In this document: piece by piece, positions 38,317-50,510 of the stretch
How the letters are laid out: every line of letters begins with the position of its first letter
Numbering within the stretch: the first letter of the stretch is position 1
Origin: Nemertoderma westbladi
Lineage: Eukaryota; Animalia; Xenacoelomorpha
Length of the DNA stretch: 54,876 nucleotides
Reading direction: 5' to 3'
Assembly: GCA_032718475.1 (NCBI GenBank)
Contig: JAUCBJ010005183.1
Span: 1 to 54,876, forward strand
Program-made: the position numbers and the translations under genes
The notes under the pieces: generated by a model
What the model was told of the DNA's origin: nothing
Databases searched by the model: none
The model's input: the letters and a program-made list of their open reading frames with translations, nothing else

Positions 38317-41162
38317 TACTACTACTACTAGGTCGAGCGAACTCGGACAGTGGAAATGAGATCCTTCCAGGCTTCCCGATTCTCCATAGTTGTCGCAATT
38401 TCGTTTCTCCCAAGTTCAGTATCCCTTTCAAGTTGATCTATATATGTTATGGCCGGTCGTCCACGACTACGCTTTCCATGAGTTGGTTGCCAGAGAAGTA
38501 GATCTGGTATGACCTCGTCTTTACTTCGCCAGCAGTGCCCACTGAATCTTAATCTGCGTTCACGGAGGCTGGTTGATACAGGTGGTATTGTACCATAAAG
38601 CTCGGCGTTTGTCATGTGTTGTCTCCAGCTGCTGTTTAGGGCTGCCCTTAGTAGTCTTGTGTAGCAACCATCAATTCGTTGTTCAAGTGATTTAGTCAGT
38701 GTCCATGTCTCACCTCCGTATAAAAATACACTTTCCACTGTGGCTCGAAAGAACTTGGTCTTCAGGTGCCTGGAGAGATTTGATTTCCAGATGGTATCCA
38801 TTTTTGATAGAGCTACCCAAGCCTTTGCTTTCCTAACTTCTATGTCCTTTTTGCTACTCTCTATCCATGATCCAAGGTACTGGAAGTCATCGACCTGCCT
38901 TAGTTGATTATTATCAATGGTTGTCAAGTTTCCATCAACATTAAAGGTCATGAATTCGGTCTTGGTAGCATTTATATGCAATCCAACCTCCTTAGCAGCC
39001 CTCTCCACTTTATTTAGTAGAAGCTGTGCATCTGCTAGCGTATTAGAGAGCAGGGCGATGTCATCCGCAAAGTCGGTATCTGTGACTGTAGTTGCCGGAT
39101 ATCTACTACTTCTGCGTTCTTGAAGTGTGAATCCCAGATCTTCACCCTTTGTGGCCGTCCTCATTGCGTAATCCAGCACAATTACAAATAGTAATGGTGC
39201 TAATGTGTCACCTTGCAGTACGCCAGCCAGGATTGAGAAAAACTCAGTTTCACCATCTGGTGAGAGTACCTGCGCTTCTGTGTCACAATATAGCAATCCA
39301 ATGCCAGCAACAATTACTTCTGGTATTCCATAAGCTCTTAGGATTTCAAGCATTTTACCTCTATGGATGGAGTCGAATGCCTTCTTGAAGTCCACAAAAG
39401 TCATGACTGCGGGGAGATTCTTTGACTTGATTCCTTCAATCAGTCTCCGTAGTGCAAGTATCTGAGCTATTGTTGATCTACTTGGTCGAAATCCGTTTTG
39501 ACTCTTACGCAGTAGTTTCTCTATGTGAGGCCTAATCCTATATAGAATCATTTTATTGTATATTTTGGCAGCTACCACAAGCAGACAGATCCCACGATAG
39601 TTTGTTGGTATGCCGAGGTCTCCTTTCTTGGGGAGAGGCTTTAGTTGACCTTTAGTCCAAATTGGTGGTGGCTTTTCCCCTTTTAACATCCGGTTGCAAA
39701 CATTCAATAATGGTCTATTTAGCACTCCGGTTTTCCATACCTCCGCTGGGATTTCATCTAATCCACTCGCTTTATTATTGGACATGCTTTTAATGCTTCT
39801 TTGGAGTTCGGCAGGTGTGAAGTCCCCTGTTTCTATAGGTAGTGTCTTGTCATATATTTTCCTTGTAGGGCTGACCTCGATGTTTGGTGGCTGCCCAAGC
39901 AAGTTGCTGAAGTGATTTTTCCACTTCCCAACACGTTCTTCAGGACTATCGGCTTTGAGGCGCCCCTTTGCACTACTTTTCCGACCAGATACCTCATTTA
40001 CAGTTTGCCAGGTAAGTCTTGATTGTTGCTGTATGTGAGCAGTTGTAATTGCTTCAGTTTTATCCTGTATGTACTTTTCCTGGCTGATGTTGTAGGCCAA
40101 TTTAAGGTCGTCCTTAGCTTTCTCAACCTTGTTAATGTTTTCGGTTGTTGGTTGTTCGGTTTTAACTTTGTAGGCTATCTTAAGATATTCTCTCTTACAA
40201 GTAACCTCAGAGTTTTGCCATGGCACATACTGTTTTCGTTTAGGTTTCTGGGGGATATGCCTCTTAGCTGATTCCTTGTGGGCTGTTATTATATTCTGGT
40301 ATATTGAATCGGTGGACTGGTCTTCATCCATTGACTGAAGTGCTTCAAAGCGGTTTTGAACTTCTACTGTATAAGCATCCTTTACAGCATTGTCAGTCAT
40401 CCCAGTCATATTTGATTTGCTTGCTTGTCCTGGGTTTGCTGGCTCTCAAACTGAGTCTGATCTCTGCAGTCACAATTCTGTGGTCCGAACCAATTAGGTT
40501 GAACGAGCTGTATGCCTCGCAGTTGATCATGCTATTTCTCCACTTTTTGTTTATAAGGATGTAATCCAGTTGTGCTTTGGTTCCATTAGGGTATTGAAAG
40601 GTCCATAGCTTCCCCTTACTCTTTTCGAATGTGTTGTTTGTTGGTATCAATTCACATTCTTCCATTAGGTCAAGAGTAAGTACCCATTTCTGTTAGAACT
40701 GGTGTTATAGGTGTAACCCTTGATGTCTTCTGGGCCAATTTGCGCATTCAGGTCACCAGCAATGACTTTAACATTGTGTTTCGGGATGTCCTTAATAAGT
40801 CCAGTCAGTTCTTCATAAAACTTGACTGCTTGTTCTGGCTCTGATGCATTGGTTGGACTGTAGCAACATATAACTGTTGTCTTGGGATTCCCATCAAATG
40901 TTGCGATCATAACCCTGGAATTTATAGATTCGATGTTGTTTAGGGTCTTAAGTGCAAATGGGCTTAGCAGAATTCCTACTCCACCAATTGATGCATTGGC
41001 CGAGTTTCTTACTGCTGAGCTTGTTACTAACGTCCATCCATTTCCAATGTCATTGTACTTCATGGCAGTGTCTTCATGACAAATCCGATGTTCTTGGATG
41101 CAGATGATGTCGATGTTATATTCCATTGCCAGAGCGACCATGTCACCCTGTTTGCTCTCTGG
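38317..41162 (-). mobile_element. Nearly full-length RTE-clade LINE (APE + RT), 5'-truncated, two frameshifts
   Basis: ORFs 40665..41141 and 40393..40665 (APE: ICIQEHR, YSPT, GDLNA, LDYIL, SDH) and 38328..40409 (RT: FVDFKKAFDS, GVLQGDTLAP, FADD). (TAG)n 3' tail at 38317-38330. Candidate TSD atatagaaaaata (38306-38318) / atatagaacaata (41163-41175). Confidence 0.95.
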
Positions 41163-41479
41163 ATATAGAACAATATATATACAATTATATCGAAGACCTA
41201 TATAAAACCTCTACTAAGTGGATTAATAAAAAGTGGGAAGTGACAAAAAGTGATTTATATTTTTATCGAAATTACTTTATTTTTTTGTTCGATTTTTGTC
41301 ATTATAGTGCAGCACAGAAATGCACAACACACCTAGATACTTCAATCACCTGCTATCTATGATGATTTTAATTTATGATGGTTTAAGAGGCAGCATCCAT
41401 AAATGATGGGAGACATTTTTAGTAGCGAATTAAAATGAAAAACAAATTGTATCACTTAATAATCAAACAGCTAACCAAC

Positions 41480-41706
41480 CCTCATCGAATTCATCGTTTA
41501 GTAAATGTGCGTCCGCCCTGTCACACAAAACATCTGGTTGTTCCGGGTTTCTCTGCAGAACTTGACTGCATATTGATATTGCATCATCCACGAGTTTGGC
41601 TTTGCTGTGGGCGTGGCACAACTGCGTATCAATGCGCTCCGTAAACGCTGTCATCGTCGATTCAGTTTTCCTCGCTGCATATAGTTTTTCAATAGCCTCG
41701 GTGTAT
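41480..41706 (-). CDS. DNAJC3: DNAJC3 coding exon (TPR region), 227 nt
   Basis: ttttatcgcag|A-YTEAIEKLYAARKTE...LCHAHSKAKLVDDAISICSQVLQRNPEQPDVLCDRADAHLLNDEFDE-G|gttggt. It lies inside ORF 41463..41801 and phases fit the flanking exons. Confidence 0.93.
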
Positions 41707-42315
41707 CTGCGATAAAAGGAATGGAAAAAAGTTATAGGGGTGATAAATAAATCAGTTTTTTTGCTTATTCCTGAAAGTTTGCTATCATTTTTAAAAAGCA
41801 TTTAAAGCGCTTATACCGGTAACAAATGCAGAAAATTTCCATTTCAAACATCAAAATAAGTTTTTATCTCATATCGCAAATAGATTCGGAACCAATATGT
41901 AACAGGAAACAAATGTTTCCTGCAGCAACTCGTAGTGTCTATATGCCCGCACCTACAGCCAAATCAGCTGCTACCTGTTACAGCAGAGGAAATCCCTTTA
42001 CCATATCCGGTTTTGTTCGTAATTAACTTTACTGGGAACTCTAGATACGTCTATTTTAGGTACACTGAAAAAACAAAGTGCCGGTTACTAAATGAACCAA
42101 CGGTTACACGGCTCTACCGGGAGTAGCAAAATTAAACCGGTAGTTAAATTACATCATAATAGTGAATATCAACATATCATATTTGAACCAACAGTTGATG
42201 TCAATTACCGTTGGTTATAATTTAAATTAGATATTTGTAATTCATAAAATGTAATGTAACCGGCGGTTATTTGCATAACTGGAAGTTAACAATTTTCATT
42301 ACAAAATGATTGCTG

Positions 42316-43170
42316 ATACTGACCTACAATTCACGGTTATAATTAAATAACTGCCAGTTATATTGGACATTAAAAACTTTCGGTTTGAACCTGGCTTACA
42401 ACTCACGGTTATAATTAAATAACTGCCAGTTATATTGGACATTAAAAACTTTCGGTTTGAACCTGGCTTACAACTCACGGTTATAATTAAATAACTGCCA
42501 GTTATATTGGACATTAAAAACTTTCGGTTTGAACCTGGCTTACAACTCACGGTTATAATTAAATATCTGCCAGTTATATTGGACATTAAAAACTTTCGGT
42601 TTGAACCTGGCTTACAACTCACGGTTATAATTAAATAACTGCCAGTTATATTGGACATTAAAAACTTTCGGTTTGAACCTGGCTTACAACTCACGGTTAT
42701 AATTAAATAACTGCCAGTTATATTGGACATTAAAAACTTTCGGTTTGAACCTGGCTTACAACTCACGGTTATAATTAAATAACTGCCAGTTATATTGGAC
42801 ATTAAAAACTTTCGGTTTGAACCTGGCTTACAACTCACGGTTATAATTAAATAACTGCCAGTTATATTGGACATTAAAAACTTTCGGTTTGAACCTGGCT
42901 TACAACTCACGGTTAAAATTAAATAACTGCCAGTTATATTGGACATTAAAAACTTTCGGTTTGAACCTGGCTTACAACTCACGGTTATAATTAAATAACT
43001 GCCAGTTATATTGGACATTAAAAACTTTCGGTTTGAAACTGACTTACAACTCACGGTTATAATTAAATAACTGCCAGTCAAGTTATATTGGACTTTAAAA
43101 ACTTTCGGGTTGATACTGACCTACACTGCAACCCACTGTTATAATTAAATAACTGCCAGATATAGTGGAC
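42316..43170. repeat. 72-bp minisatellite (about 11-12 units) in the left arm of the EnSpm element
   Basis: Unit tattggacattaaaaactttcggtttgaacctggcttacaactcacggttataattaaataactgccagtta. The phase repeats every 360 bp (5 units). Confidence 0.95.
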
Positions 43171-43512
43171 TAAGAAAACATAGGTTTAAATTAACATAGA
43201 AACTGTCTGCAACCCACCCCTGATTTGAAAGTGTCCTACAAAAATATAATTTAATATGCTATAGGCCCTATATAATTTCAAAGTTTTAGCGCCAAGTTTC
43301 TGCGCATGCGCATAATTATGTTATATGTTACAGTACAGTACTGGGCACTGCAGTACTGGGGTACTACTGTTTTACCAACATCAGTACATACATCTGACAT
43401 CCCCACAGCCAGACCAGCAGACAGTAGTGCAAGTAGGCTCCCGCAGTTCCGCTACTGCTAAACCTCTGTACCGTCTGTCACACCCAGACCCCGTAATTCA
43501 TACCTATTTTTA

Positions 43513-44589
43513 GGGTAAATCTTTTCGACCTACGCGTAGGCCTACGCGTAGCTACGCGTAGGTCCTACGCGACCTACGCATAGGTGCTACCCATAACTAT
43601 GCCTATACGTCAGTACGTCGTTTATCATTAGTAGGCTTACGTATTCCAAGCGAGTCGTACTAAAATAAGACACAATACGGTATGTTCAATAAACAACCCA
43701 CAACCATCAAATGCTTTCAACAGTAATGTATCCTATACCTGTATACTCTATATAGAGGAATACGCGAAAACTACATATTCTTCACTTCATGCGTTGCGGG
43801 CGGTAAAATGTGTTAATAATTAATGTTTAGAGTTCAAAAATAGTTACAAAGGAAATAGGCCGATGGTTCTTATCGATTCTCTATGCTTTTTATTGCCTTT
43901 GTTCACGATAGGGCAAGGATATACTGTATTTAATATGTTAACCCCTTGACAAGGGAAGGGGAGACTAAATTGTCTACCATGATTGGTTGCACTTGTCATT
44001 TGACCAAACAATTTGATTATATGCAGTATTTATCAGCTTTCGCTTAACCTCTTCACCGGTAGACTGGTCGCTTTATTTACTACTGTTCAATATTTAAATA
44101 ATCCAATGGAAACAAAGATACTTGAATCATGAGACGTGAATTTCAAGTTTACTTTTTATTCATCCTCTGTGTTTGTATGTGAAAGAGCCGAATATTATTT
44201 ATTACCAGTCTGCCAGTGCTGTATGTAGAGATATGAGTTTCCGATTCTGTTATTACATTTGTCTGATAATCAGATACCTGACATATACCGATACTTGCCT
44301 AACAACTCAACCCTACCGGACCTGAAATGAAAAATCATTGTTATCAGGACTGCTACGCGTAGCACCTACGCGTAGCTACGCGTAGCACCTACGCGTAGTT
44401 TCAAAATACCTACGCGTAGTTCCAAAATAACTACGCGTAGTTTTAAAACACCTACGCGTAGTTGTTAAAAAGGCAGTAAGTCTGGCCCTACCGGTAAATG
44501 ACAGGAATGGAAGTTACAAACTACGCGTAGCTACGCGTAGCTACGCGTAGCTACGCGTAGGCCTACGCGTAGGTCGAAAAGATTTACCC
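43513..44589. mobile_element. MULE-type MITE nested in the EnSpm element
   Basis: TIRs gggtaaatcttttcgacctacgcgtaggcctacgcgtagctacgcgtag and its inverse. Perfect 9-bp TSD ctattttta (43504-43512, 44590-44598). Palindromic CTACGCGTAG subterminal repeats. Confidence 0.9.
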
Positions 44590-45149
44590 CTATTTTTAGA
44601 GTCACGGTAGGCCTGCCTGGGTATTTCAGTTATTGATAGTAACAATGTGTTGGCCTTGGCAAGCTGTATTTTTCGAGGTAGGCTTATCAGCTTATTTCAG
44701 TTCAGTCAGTTCTGCAGTTGCAGTTAGTAGATTTAATCCAGACTGGAATCTCTCGGGTTTTTCGGGAAGATGTCCGGCAGACTGACTGGTTGCCGGTGTT
44801 GGCGTTGGGTGTAGGCCAGTCCAGCAGTCAGCCAGTAGGCAGGTAGGTGGACCTATTACCTGACAGCCTGATTACTGTAGGGTAAGATACCCCTATTGGC
44901 CCTATTCCGACGTGTGGCTAAGTCACACGAATAGTTCCCAAAAGGCAATTTGGCATTTTTGAAATGCCAAATGGCAAACTCCCATGCTTGCATGGGAGTG
45001 TGTATCTACTGCTGTAGGCCTACTGCAGTACTGCCAGACTGCTGTACTGTCTGACTGTAATCTCTCACTCCTGCACTCTCTGACTGTTATTAATCTCACA
45101 TCACATACCGGTAGACCTATTAATCTCACAGCCTTAGATTTAAATAATC

Positions 45150-45986
45150 ATGTCTGCGTCTGGCATGTCAGAAAATATTCATAAGTGCGACTGCGGTGAA
45201 GATTTGCACCCCAAATTCAAGATATGTCCTAGTTGTGACAAACCCATTCACAAACCAAAGGCGGTCCCAAAATGCTGCGGGTATCCGATGAAATCCAGTT
45301 GGGCACCACGATGCCCAATATGTTTGAAAAACAGATCCACTGGTTCGGGTTCTATGTTTCAACAAATAGTGAGTAGGCCTACCAACGTCAGCCCATCCCT
45401 AAACCAAATGTCCCCTTCGGATGTCGAATCCGAAATCGAAAACTCGTGTACCGGTACTGGTACAGATAAGGGTAAGTGCACCGGTAGTTCTCTGTCGCCA
45501 CACGAGAGAATGAGATCAACCTTAAAAATAGAGTCTCTGGGTGGCGCCATGTACTATGTTCCTCCCCCCCTCTTGGACAACGACGGCATTTCTACAGTTC
45601 CCGTGTTGAAGTTGGAGATCAATAAAGCAATCCACGAGGGTGATCCTCTATTCAAGAAGTGTATTCGTCACTTCCAATCTATGATTGAATCTCATTACAA
45701 ACTCTTTGTCAGGTTGTACAAGAGAACTTTTCCCAAGCTCCATTACACCCTACATGTTGTGGACGATATCATTAACTTTGGTCCCCCCCGTTCGCATTGG
45801 GCCATGAGATTCAAATCACAACATGGCGTTTTAAAAAAATGGTTGAAAGCCCAGCAATGTTATAAAAATGTTCCACTTTATTTATGCAAGAGGCTTCAAG
45901 AACAATTGTGCTATAATCTGACAGTTAATAAATCGGGGTTTGTTTATGAGTTTATTAAAGGTGTAAGTCGGGTAGACAGTAATTAA
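45150..45986 (+). pseudogene. Chimeric EnSpm ORF: double zinc-ribbon N-terminus fused to transposase C-terminal fragment
   Basis: CDCG..CPSC..CCG..CPIC at the start. FPKLHYTLHVVDDIINFGPPRSHWAMRFKSQHGVLKK...YKNVPLYL resembles the animal EnSpm motif PKxHxxxH...FGP...WxMRFExxH, with E replaced by K. Confidence 0.75.
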
Positions 45987-46740
45987 TGGATGCTATAAGA
46001 AGATAAGTTTTCTAGGTCAAACATATATCGTAGGGAAGAGTATAATTAGTTTAGTGTATTCTAATGCTGATTTTTTACCTTGTTTTGGTCTCGTCCGCGA
46101 ATTGAAAGTTTTAAATATTAACACAGATGCTCAAATTAGATTGCAATTACTGCATACACTCTCTTATAATTCGCATATTGCCGCTTACGAAATAGGTATG
46201 TGGTTTAAATTTGGTTTCTTATAAACAATAAGGCACACCGCCAAATTAAATTTGCAAAATAACGTGTTTATTTTCGGTTTGGACCACATATTTAACCCAT
46301 TTTTTTTTTATAGAAAAGGGCATTAATGGTTTGTATGTACATATGTTTTAACCCTAACCGTAAACCATATACTTATTTGTTATCATTAGCTTTAACGAAT
46401 GAGTATCAATTATGTCAGTTGTCGTCTTTTTCTAGGATTCCCCATGAACTCAGGTGCCAACGATTTTCTGGAAGTTTTTTTGTAGCCCATAATTTTACAT
46501 TACTTTAATTAAAGGTAAAGCAAGAAATAAGGATTATTCGTCTTTCTCTTAATGTTATATTAGTTCGATCTTTTTACTTTTGTCATTATTTAGTGCTTCG
46601 TTTTAGGGTTAAAAGTTAATTATAAGTGCTAATGATATGATGTTATTGTTATAGTGTTTATAAAATAGTGTTTATAGTGTTTATAAAAGTGTTTAAAGTG
46701 TTTATAAAATAAAACGTTTAAAAGAAGTATACCAAATATT

Positions 46741-46900
46741 TTAAACCAGCCTGTAGTAATTCAAACAACCGTCAGTTTATTTTACAAAAACCGCCAGTAT
46801 TTGTAACATAAACCCCCGGTTCGATTTAAACCAGCCTGTAGTAATTCAAACAACCGTCAGTTTATTTTACAAAAACCGCCAGTATTTGTAACATAAACCT
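46741..46900. repeat. 85-bp tandem duplication in the right arm of the EnSpm element
   Basis: ttaaaccagcctgtagtaattcaaacaaccgtcag...acataaacc at 46741 and 46826. Confidence 0.9.
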
Positions 46901-47326
46901 CCAGTTTGGTTGATGTGTTACTAAACCACCCATGGTTGATTTTGAAGGATGCGACTTTAAAACCGACAGTTTGTTTAAAATTCAAACTGTTGGTTTAATA
47001 AACCACCGGTATTAAAAACCCATGGTATTTTGATGTTGTTGAAACCGCCAGTTATATTGCTCAATTTCTACTGCCGGTTAAGCCAAAAAACCGTTGGTTT
47101 ATTTGTTACAAAAACTACCAGTGGTAGTTTTTCGAACCAGTGGTTTTTTAAAAAAAAAACTACTGGTTACTTTTTTCAGTGTATAGAGAGACATTATTGG
47201 GATGTGCGGGGTTCGAAAAACCAGAAAATTTGCTTGACATACTTGAATATATTTGTTATATGTATTTTTTACTATATGTAACTTTGAATTTACTGTATTT
47301 ATAATACGTTTTTTTATGTTTATTAA

Positions 47327-47830
47327 CCCTATCCATACCGGGGTACTTTAGACGCTCAAACTACAGTAACAGTAAACTACTACAGTAAACAGTTGGGGAC
47401 GTAAAGTTTGGAAGCATATAACTTTGTGTGGTATGATGATATTACTTTAAAGTAAAAAGTTTTAGATACAAAATTTATTCCTCTTTTCAAATATGCCACA
47501 CACTAATGCTCAAATATAATATTTATATACTATAATTATGTTTAAATTGATTTTAAATTGATATTAAATTGATTGAATTTTAAATTTCCCTCCTACAATA
47601 GTTCAGCAATAATATGACAGTTTCAGAGACAGGTCAGTTTACGAGTCATTTACATGGTCATAAATAATAATATGAAAATTAATTTTTGTTTTAAGATAAA
47701 GAATAATAAATTTTAGGAAAAGTAACGGAATTTCACTTGCAATAAATGTGGTTTGGCTTTGAACCAAGCAATCAAATAAAGTGCGTCTCCAAAAGTCCCC
47801 CCCCCCCCCCCCCCCCCGGTATGGATAGGG
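47327..47830. mobile_element. piggyBac-type MITE
   Basis: ttaa|ccctatccataccgggg ... ccccggtatggataggg|ttaa: TIRs plus TTAA TSD. Confidence 0.88.
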
Positions 47831-48030
47831 TTAAGCGCTTTGAGATATGTTCAGAAAGATGCTATATAAATTATAAATAAATTATTTATTACTGACTATT
47901 TATAGTGACTATGTGGTATGACTACAAAGTACAAATCAAGCCGTGAAAGCGGACTGTATTGAACAGCCCCCGTAAGCCGAAGTTTGCAAACAACTCCTAA
48001 GTATCAATTTACTCGTGTAAATGCAGCTGA

Positions 48031-48105
48031 GCCTCCGTGGTGAAGTGGCCAGCAGCACTTCAGAACGGTAATTAGTAAACAAGGGTTCGACCTGCGTCGG
48101 AGGCA
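48031..48105 (+). mobile_element. tRNA-derived SINE head / pseudo-tRNA
   Basis: 7-bp stem gcctccg/cggaggc, A-box TGGTGAAGTGG, B-box GGTTCGACC. Anticodon arm does not pair. Confidence 0.6.
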
Positions 48106-49787
48106 ATAGCCTAAAAACACACTCCCACCTAATATAATCGTATGTTGTTAAATAACTCTGGAAGCCCTGTGTTATTAATACATTTGATTACAATGCTATC
48201 GCCTTGTTCGTCCATTCAAAAGACGTGTTAATCATAAATCTACTTCAAATTTTGGTGCTATTCACTTGTCTCGTGCCACCAAGGGCTATAATCAGGCTGA
48301 ATAACCTGAAAGGAACATCTTTATGGTAGACGTAAATGTAATTAAGTGTTATAAATTCGCTTTTACGCAATCAATTTAAATGAATTGCTCAGTTATAATA
48401 ATTAAATTACTCTAGGTACGGTACAGTAGAAGTATGCCTTGGTACAGTACCATCACACAAAGTGCATACTTACTGCAGGCGCTCGGAGAACGCCAGTGGA
48501 GCATAACAGCTCGTATCAGCTAAATTCGGGGTTCTTCTGATAGAAGAATGTTTTTGGATAAACAGATTGAAGTGTTTTTAAATAAATCCCAACTGAAGGC
48601 CACAAGGGCTTTCTCACCACTGGGCGACATAGCAAATAATACAAAGCGCGGTGGTCTCCCTTAGATGGTGTAAATTATTGTTTAGATAATAACTCAACAT
48701 AAATGCATTTATTTCTGCGCTTAAAACACCCTAAACTTTACACTACAACATATACGAATTTAGAAATAATTGAAGTTAATTCTTTTACGATTCCGTCACA
48801 AAAAAATATCAATTAAAAAAATATTAGCTGAATGAAATTAAATATTTTAATTAGTACGACGACCGGTTAACTATTAATTAATTAATGATAATAAAAAAAG
48901 TATTCAGGATGGTGAGTGCGGCATAAAAATGAATGGGTTAATTAATTCTAAAATGGATGATTTTCTCGAAATGTATTTTGGCATATTATTTAATAAAGAA
49001 TGATTATTGTAATTTATAACTAGAAAATAATGTTTCCCTAATAGCTAATAAATAAATCTCCTTTCTCCCTTTGCATTTTCTTCCACGACCTCTCCTTCTC
49101 GATTTAGAGATGCTCCCCTTTTATCTTCAACTTCAAAAAATCTCAAAATTCAGCCAGTTTACAAAATATAAACAGTTTTTAACATTTTATTAAAATAACC
49201 ATAACTTGGGCAACGTGTGACAACAATCACAAAAAAGTACCACTCCCATTTAAGCGGCGAATTTAAATAAATATCCTGCTACTTAATTCCTAAAGCGTCG
49301 AAATATTAACACCAACAACAACTACAGGCAATTTTATTATGAAATTGACAATTAATATTTTTTAATTTTCTATTTAAAACGAATGAAAAAAATAAATGGT
49401 ACAAAATCAAGAACAGTACGTTGTATTTTGAAAGTGTTAAATGTATTAAAATAAAGGCAGACTATTTTTAGATTGTATGTCAGCATTGTAAGGGAGTTAA
49501 ATAGCAGCTCCGCAAATTACGGTGATGAATGGCTGATAACACTGACAGAAGATGAACAGCTCAGTTACTACACGGGGAGAATGTACGCCAATTTTAGGAC
49601 AAATGTGATCTATTAATTCCTGAAAGGTCAACTTAAAGCGGTTAGAAAGGCAATCGTGATGAATAAATACAACTTAATGATTATTATTGGTGTAAAATAA
49701 TGAAGATCTAGGATATTGGGTAACAATAACCTAACCCTAAAGTATAATTCCTATGATATTTGTAGCATTTCTGTACGAATAACTTAC

Positions 49788-49907
49788 TCGTTTGTATTTA
49801 TAAATTCCTGAGCGTCTTTCAATTGTTTAGCCAACTTTTTCACTTTCTTGTAGAAGGTAAAGCATTGTTTGTGATCCGGGTCCAACTTCAAGCACTCGCG
49901 AACCATC
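49788..49907 (-). CDS. DNAJC3: DNAJC3 coding exon (TPR region), 120 nt
   Basis: ccctttgcag|G-MVRECLKLDPDHKQCFTFYKKVKKLAKQLKDAQEFINTN-GA|gtaagt. Phase is compatible with both neighbours and it matches the conserved 'VRECLKLDQDHKRCF' motif. Confidence 0.95.
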
Positions 49908-50015
49908 CTGCAAAGGGAAATTAATAGGAATCACACACAAGGGGATTCCTATATGTTTAATTTTATGTTAAAATATGATTATTTTGAATTTTACCATAAA
50001 AATTGTACCATATAA

Positions 50016-50270
50016 AATAAAGTAAAAGTAAGATTGTTCGGCGGACGACGACATATTTCCAGTCCGGTCCCCTCAGAACTATACTCCCCAGAGGAAAATC
50101 GCACTCATTTAGCTACCCTTTAAGGATACAAAGCAGAGTTGAGCCCTGGGTGTTCCCTTTAAACGCTTAAAGTATTCATAGCGAAACGAAATCTCCCCTG
50201 GACCCCATACTGGGATCGAATCCACGACCACCGGAGAGATGTGAATTAAAGGCAATGGATTAAACAATGC
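50016..50270 (-). mobile_element. tRNA-derived SINE with Meta-like core and (TTTAC) tail
   Basis: Minus strand has B-box GATTCGATCCC, core caactctgctttgtatccttaaagggtagctaaatgagt and tail ttacttttacttt. Confidence 0.55.
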
Positions 50271-50437
50271 CAATGTCAAGGTTTTATTATTAGTATTATA
50301 TTTTCATATTTTTATAACTTTTGGGGTTGAGCGCAGTGGCAGCAGATGATGGTATTGACAGATGGGAGGCCATAAGGAGGTAAATTGCGGACATATAAGG
50401 TATCGGGTAGTATTTCCAGGCATACAATAATTTACCT

Positions 50438-50510
50438 GAGCCGCTAGCTGAATGGTTAGAGCGTCAGACTTCCATCCCGGAGGTCACCAGTTCAATCCCA
50501 CCTGGACGTC
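50438..50510 (+). mobile_element. tRNA-derived SINE head / pseudo-tRNA
   Basis: A-box TAGCTGAATGG-TTAGAGC and B-box AGTTCAATCCC. Stems are imperfect. Confidence 0.55.

Larger units (their letters stand above)
42063..47181 (+). mobile_element. Internally deleted EnSpm/CACTA (CACTG-type) DNA transposon, 5.1 kb
   Basis: Termini ta|CACTGAAAAAA ... TTTTTTCAGTG|ta, aaccg/ccagt-rich subterminal repeats at both ends, and an internal transposase remnant. Confidence 0.85.

Noticed and set aside
42299-43081. 260-aa repeat protein
   Set aside because: Translation of the 72-bp minisatellite in a transposon arm; no unique sequence or real start.
48031-50510. Functional tRNA genes (also 8277, 8870, 13165)
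   Set aside because: A/B boxes are present but the cloverleaves are broken or continue into SINE bodies. tRNAscan-SE would confirm.
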